NCBI GenBank assembly: GCA_964016885.1
Contig: OZ024746.1
Coordinates: 89,962,001 to 90,026,000, forward strand
Direction of reading: 5' to 3'
Source: Eledone cirrhosa
Taxonomy: Eukaryota
Length of the DNA stretch: 64,000 nt
Shown piece by piece: positions 57,461 through 64,000 of this stretch (position 1 is the stretch's first letter; every line of letters starts with the position of its first letter). Position numbers and translations under genes: made by a program. The notes below the pieces were generated by a model. The model searched no databases and had not been told where the DNA came from. It saw nothing but the letters and a program-made list of their open reading frames with translations.

Positions 57461-58384
57461 ATACATGCCAAACTGGTGAATGACTTCCTAGGTACTCTGA
57501 GTTTCCAGAAGTAAGTTGATCTTAATTGGTTCGTCAGTTATGGTACATACACATATATTGTCAGGTCACTCTTGAGTTCTACTGACAGCATGTAACCCAC
57601 TAAAACCAATCGCATGGTCGGGTCGTCAGTGACTAAATCAGCAATCCCAACAAGTTTACTTGGTGAGGAGGGTAATTCTGGACACCCACTAGGACAAAAA
57701 GCAAAGCCTGACAAAAGGCAGGAGAACTCATAAGAGTCAACGGCCATCTAAAAAGTAAACATATCCTGCCAAATCAATGGGTGGCTGTAGATCCAGCTGC
57801 ACGCATGGAAAGACTTGTGTAGTGGTTCTGAAAGCAATGTGGCTTTGCAAATGACCAATGTAAATTGACAATGGAAAAGCGCTCCCGCCCGTGTTAGAAG
57901 AGAACTATTGATCTTCTGGAGAAGCTGCGACCCCTGATTGTATTCAGAAACAGAAACAAATATGATGTACACCAAATCCGATGCTCATAGGGGCGGCCCT
58001 TGTTATTTTTATCCTCGCCGTAGTACTCTGGTGACAGGCTGTCGGACGAAGAGTCGTGGGAAGGCAGGTTGATAAATGTCATGCTCGACTGGAACGAGTG
58101 AAGAAGGCGTGTTGAATATTTGCGAGTGTAAACTCGGCCGACCGAACGAACGTATATGTATTGGTCCTATTCGACAGCTTCAGTATTATATACACACACA
58201 CACACATATATATATATATATGAATATATATATATATATATGGATATCTTTGTATGCCTTTATCATTTTCTGTTTCACTCACTACTTCTCTACCTCAAAT
58301 TGGAACCTTTTTCACATACGTTTCTAAATAATTTCAATGAATCTTTACACTTTTATGTTGAATCATAAACACATAAAACTGATA

Positions 58385-58449
58385 CCGACGATTTCGATGA
58401 TGCTGATGATGACGATGATGATAATGGTGTTGATGATGATGACGATGGA

Positions 58450-58480
<31 letters not shown>

Positions 58481-58705
58481 ATGATGATGCTGATGATGTC
58501 GATGATGCTTATAGTGGTGATGGTGGCGATGGTGACGAGGGTGTTAGTGACGGCACCGACTGTAACTATGATGATACTACACCGTTGTAGTCGTTATCAA
58601 CTTCCTGATTCTCCTAACACCATGACGATCGTAAAGTTAATGATGACCATGTTGATCAGTATGAAGATGATGATGATGATGATGTTCGGGTTGATAACGG
58701 TGATT
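58385..58705. repeat. Degenerate (GAT)n trinucleotide repeat
   Basis: Direct observation; produces the poly-Met ORF. Confidence 0.92.
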
Positions 58706-59164
58706 ATTGAGAGTAAGATGAAGTAGGTGGCATTGGAGTTGTTGTGTAGTGGTCATGTCGATGGAAATAATGATGATTGGCAGGATAATTTTGATGGATA
58801 TTAGTAAAGCTGTCTGCGTAATATTAAATCGATGCTTGTGTGACATTTTAAAGAAATTGATTTCACTAAACTAAATTTGAAATTTTCAGATTGTTGTATC
58901 TATGCTGGACTCCCGACTACCAAAATATACAAAACATGGAACTGATAGCAAATATAATGCTGCTTCAGGCAGACTTTCATTATACTCGGTTTAGAATAGG
59001 CTGTGAAAGTCAACATGTAATTAATATTTTGCAAGGCGCTTCGTGAATCTCTCAAATTTATAAATTGGTATTAATTCGTTTGTGCAGCGCTTTAAAATAT
59101 GTGAATACATTCGGTTACAAGTGCATGATGTGGCACAAGGATGATATGAGATTACTAGTCTGCA

Positions 59165-59192
59165 ATATATATATATATATATATATTTATAA

Positions 59193-59271
<79 letters not shown>

Positions 59272-59358
59272 TATATATAGATATATATATATAGATATAT
59301 ATAGATATATATATATTAATAAATGTATATATATATATATATATATATATATTAATAA

Positions 59359-59393
<35 letters not shown>

Positions 59394-59432
59394 TAAATGT
59401 ATATATATATATATATATATATATATTAATAA

Positions 59433-59477
<45 letters not shown>

Positions 59478-59480
59478 TAA

Positions 59481-59521
<41 letters not shown>

Positions 59522-59527
59522 TAAATG

Positions 59528-59566
<39 letters not shown>

Positions 59567-59585
59567 ATATATATATTAATAAATG

Positions 59586-59624
<39 letters not shown>

Positions 59625-59693
59625 ATATATATTAATAAATGTATATATATATATTTATATATATATATATATATTAATAAATGTATATATATA

Positions 59694-59743
<50 letters not shown>

Positions 59744-59830
59744 TAAATGTATATATATATATATGTATATATTAATAAATGTTTATATATATGTATATAT
59801 ATATATATACATATATAAATATATATATGT
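59165..59830. repeat. Compound minisatellite [TAATAAATG(TA)n], ~11 units
   Basis: Recurring attaataaatg spacer within (TA)n. Confidence 0.92.
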
Positions 59831-60377
59831 ATGTTTGTGTATACGAGTAGATATAGGCGTATATATGTGTGTGCGTCTGTGCGAGTCTGCATGTGTGTGC
59901 TGTGTGGATGTATGTGGGCGGGCCTCTGTGTTTGCGTATGTTTACAGGTTTATATGTTCTACTTAAATGCCTATGTATAGCGGGCGTATATGCGTACGGA
60001 TATTGTTATCTATGTGATTATCTGTGTGTGTTTATATGTGTGTGTGAGTGAGCGCGTTGACGGGTGAACTACCTAACCCAGCAGTAATTCATCGAAGTGT
60101 GGCGGAAAATGGGCAGTTGATGATCAGATGTATCATACCTGTTGGTCAAAATGTATGATGACGTGGGAAAACAGTGGCCAATAGCAGAACGCGCGAAGAG
60201 GATATTTTCGACGCTAATACCAGAGTGAGAGAATTTGCTCCGAAATAATTTGACGTGTCCGTCGAACCTGCAGATCCAGAATCAGACATACCCACACAAT
60301 GATCGCGTCTCGAGCTGTCCGCCGGCGAAACAAGTGTAACACACAATAAATTGAGTCAGATGCATCACACATTTTTC

Positions 60378-60419
<42 letters not shown>

Positions 60420-60635
60420 GGATATAAATTATCGTTATAGGTAATCCAGTTAGAGGTTGTAAGTACTCCGTATTGTGGATAGTTTTAGCGCACAGCTTTG
60501 TTTGACTCAACAAGAGGTTACCTTAGGTAGAGAGTTTGTGCGTTCTCGGGAATTCCTATGCAGGTTAATCTTGGAGAAATAATAGAGAAAGAGTGAAGAA
60601 TAACATGGTCAACAGTACAAAAAGGGTTTCATCTA

Positions 60636-60746
60636 CAGTTAACAATTGTTTCATCGATTAGGGTATCTAAAAATTGCTAATCACGTGAAGTTGTGTTACT
60701 CAAGTTTAAATACAATGTATGCCTAATCAAATCATCGGAATAACTG
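60636..60746 (-). ncRNA. Hammerhead motif in the PLE 3' repeat (CCGAUGA variant, long stem II)
   Basis: CAGTTATT-CCGATGA-TTTGATTAGG...CCTAATCGAT-GAAA-CAATTG-TT-AACTG; palindromic ACAATTGT. Confidence 0.65.
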
Positions 60747-62228
60747 GTTAAAATTATACACGGCATTTGTAATATACTAGGAAAATCAAATAACAACATC
60801 AGTAATAAAGAAAAAAAGAAAAAAAGAAAAAAAGAAAAAAAGAAAAAAAGAAAAAAAGAAAAAAAGAAAAAGAAGAAAAAGAGAGAGAGAGAAAAAAAAA
60901 ATAAAACATAAAAAATAATAAATGAATAATAATAAATAAGTTAGAATGAAGATGATAAAAAATAAGTAAAAAGATATATATGTGTGTGAAAAAAAGTGAA
61001 CATAATATGATTTTCGAAAACAGTTGTGGCGGCGGTGGTGGTGGTCAAAGTAAAACGATGTGATGGTATAAACATGAAAACTTCAAACACACACACACAT
61101 ATATTGGTTAAATTATATTAACAAGAAGTAGTACAGGATAAATTATATTATGAAGATATAAAAAAGGATAAATTAATAAATTGGAAGTTATGTGAGAGTT
61201 GAAGAGAATATGATAGGATATAATGGAAGAAGTGAAGTAGTTTAGTGGAAGTAAGAAAGGTTATGATGTTGATTCAGTGATTAGTTGATCTATTGACAGT
61301 TAATAATAATTGTTCTCGAAGTGGTTCAGTTTGAATAATGGGATTGTTGGATCGAATCATGTTGGTTTGAAATTAGCGAATTTAGTAGTTGCTTTATGCC
61401 GACAGAAGATTGACCGTTCTATTTTGATGCTAAGTAGCATTTTGTTGGACTTTAAAATATGGAGCAATTCCATATTGCAAAGTCCGTAGTGGGACATTCC
61501 ATTTCTGTAAGCCTTACCCCAGACAGTTTCGACCAGCTAATCCCGTATTCTTTATTTTGTATCTTTAAGCTGCCAGATTTTATTGGCGTGCGTTGTTGTG
61601 TTCAATAGTCTACGGTTCTTTATAGAAAGTATGTGGTCCTAACATCTTTTTCTGAACTCCCCAACCGTAGAACCTATGTAGTGCCATGCTAAGTTGGATT
61701 TATAGTACACAGGTACACTATGTTTGACTCGAGGCATCTATATTGTACTGGGCACGTATCCGGTAAGTGACAGTTACATTTTGAGGCGTCCCTTGTGCCG
61801 GTTCTTCGATGCGGTTTTTTATGTTATGTATGGGCTGAGATTTGGGTTTGTTGATGTTTTGTTGTGATGCATTCTGACGATGTCGCTATGTGTCTGTGTT
61901 TGGTAATGAACACAACAACGCTCGCCAATCAAATCTGGCCGCTGAACGATACAAATCAAGAATACGGGATAAGCTAGTCGAACCTGTCGGAGGCACATGC
62001 CTAGAGAAATGGAATGTCCCACTGCGGACTTTGCAATATGGAGCTGCTCCATATTTTAAAGTACCACAAAATGCTGCTTAGCATCAAGATAGAACGGTCA
62101 ATTTTCTGTAGGCATAAAGCAACTACTAAATTCGTTAATTTCAAACCAACATGATTCGATCCAACAATCCCATAATTCAAACTGAACCACTTAGAGTCTA
62201 TTATAATAACCCATTATTATTAACTGCC

Positions 62229-62347
62229 ATTCTGAGTTCAAATCCCGCCGAGGTTAACTTTGCCTTTCATCGGTACGGGGTCGATAACATAAAGTACCAG
62301 TAATGTACTGAGTAATTGCTGGCCTTGTGCCAATAGTAGAAACAATT
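62229..62347 (+). mobile_element. 5'-truncated SINE inserted in the right arm of the PLE inversion, TSD ATTATTATTAACTG
   Basis: Consensus 3' half; absent from the left arm. Confidence 0.85.
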
Positions 62348-62896
62348 ATTATTAACTGTCAATAGATCAACTAATCACTGAATCAACATCATAACCTCCT
62401 AACCTTTCTTTCTTCCACGAAATATTTCACTTCTTCCATTATATTCTATCATATTCTCTCAACGTTCACATAACTTCCAATTTATTAATTTATCCTTTAT
62501 TTAGCACTGTACTATTTCTTCATAATATAATTTTACCAGTACATGTGTGTGTGTGTGATGTTTTCATGTTTATACCATCACAGCTCTATACTTTGACCAC
62601 CACCAGCGCCACAACTGTTTTCGACAATCATATTATGTTCACTTTATTTCACACACTCATATATATAAATATGTGTGTGTGTTTGTGTATATATATATAT
62701 ATATATATATATAGTAATAATAATAAATTTGAAGACTAAAATCCAAAGAGGGCTCGATAAGGATACATATATATCAAATATATAAGAACCGTAGTGAAAT
62801 TATTTATTAAAATAACAGATTAAAGTTTTAATAAATAAATATTTATAAATATATATATATATATACGTGGATACCTCTATCTGCTTCTCTATCTCC

Positions 62897-62994
<98 letters not shown>

Positions 62995-64000
62995 GGGGAG
63001 AGAGAGGTATAGAGTAAAAGAGTGGGAGGGAGAGAGAAGAAAGCAGGAGATAGAAAGTTTATTTATTGGGAATAAATTGTCATAAACTTTCCCTAGTTAA
63101 GATGTAAACATTTGAATGGGTTGAAATATAGATATCTAATTCGATTTCAAAATAACCATGTATGATGTAGCAACATGGATAATATATTTATCTTTCCTAG
63201 ATATATAATCTGAACATTTAGTGAATAGGCGAAATGTCAGAAAAATATTTACTATCACATGATGAAATATCAGATAAACTTCATAATTGTTTGAAAAAGT
63301 ACTGACTCTTTCGGTAGGAAAGAGTAACATATTTTATATGAAAGATTATTGATGCACATGGAGTAGATATTGGAATTTATCGAATCCAATGTTCGGCCCG
63401 AGAACTGAAAATACTATACAGCTGTTATTTCGAGGTACGAATCTTAAAGATACAGATATTTCATCGTCATCTGCATCACTTCTATCATGTGGAAACGGAA
63501 AGTAAATCAAGAGAAAGTGTGTGTGTTAATTTTCCGAGTCTATGTGAATATATCGCTAGGTCAGTTGCAGCTCGCCTATCACTGAGAATTATCCCCAGCC
63601 GTGTGACTATTTGAAAGGTGACTTAGTATTATTGGCGCCTGAGCTTCATACTTACAATCAATACATTGAGAAAGGAAAGTCTTCTTGGGACAGTAATGGT
63701 AGATACTAATGCATAACATGGTCGTCCTCCAGCACAAGGAAACTGTGGATGGCTAAGGATAAGAGCAATGATGGTTATAATAATGTAGATGTTGATAATG
63801 ATTTAACTTGTATTTATTTTATAGAAAACCAAAATGTTCAATGGTAAATTTGACCTACAGCATGCTACAAAAGTTTAGAAATAGATTCTACATCACGTGT
63901 TATCAGACGTCTACAAACTCTACTAATCTATCACACTTACGATTAATATAGATATCTGTTTAAAGACGTACAATGGTGAAACTGTTAGATATATGGAATG

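Larger units (their letters stand above)
60415..62655 (-). mobile_element. Penelope-like element (Neptune-type GIY-YIG) with a large 5' inverted duplication (arms ~60975-61603 / 61906-62655)
   Basis: Minus strand 61358-61830: KCNCHLPDTCPVQYRCLESNIVY..YIGST..H....IWQLK....I.W...CP...CNME..HILK; reverse-complement copy of the ORF end and 3' UTR to the right. Confidence 0.85.

Noticed and set aside
58337-58726. Poly-Met ORF
   Set aside because: (GAT)n repeat

Overview
A very AT-rich, microsatellite-saturated animal intergenic/intronic window with no host protein-coding gene I can support. It is most likely octopus/cephalopod, inferred from the dominant tRNA-derived SINE and the (TA)n/(CA)n density. 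Recognisable content is decayed transposable elements: a Tx1/L1-type LINE, several RTE fragments, an R4/Dong-like LINE 3' end, a 3.3-kb internally deleted Helitron, two Penelope-like element (PLE) GIY-YIG remnants, about 13 copies of one SINE, a second SINE and a Tc1/pogo-type MITE. The unexplained signal is about 20 minimal type-I hammerhead ribozyme (HHR) motifs from roughly 10 unrelated short sequence families. Most sit in 150-600 bp cassettes inserted in (TA)n tracts, and many have a fixed 'inverted arm + arm + tail' foldback architecture. They include HHRs with a compensatory U3-A8 core, a 420-bp tandem HHR array (retrozyme-like) and a tRNA-like fold fused to an HHR. A separate class of palindromes is centred on (TA)n itself. 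Most ORFs in the supplied track are microsatellite artefacts. All structures were read by eye; coordinates are approximate to a few bases.
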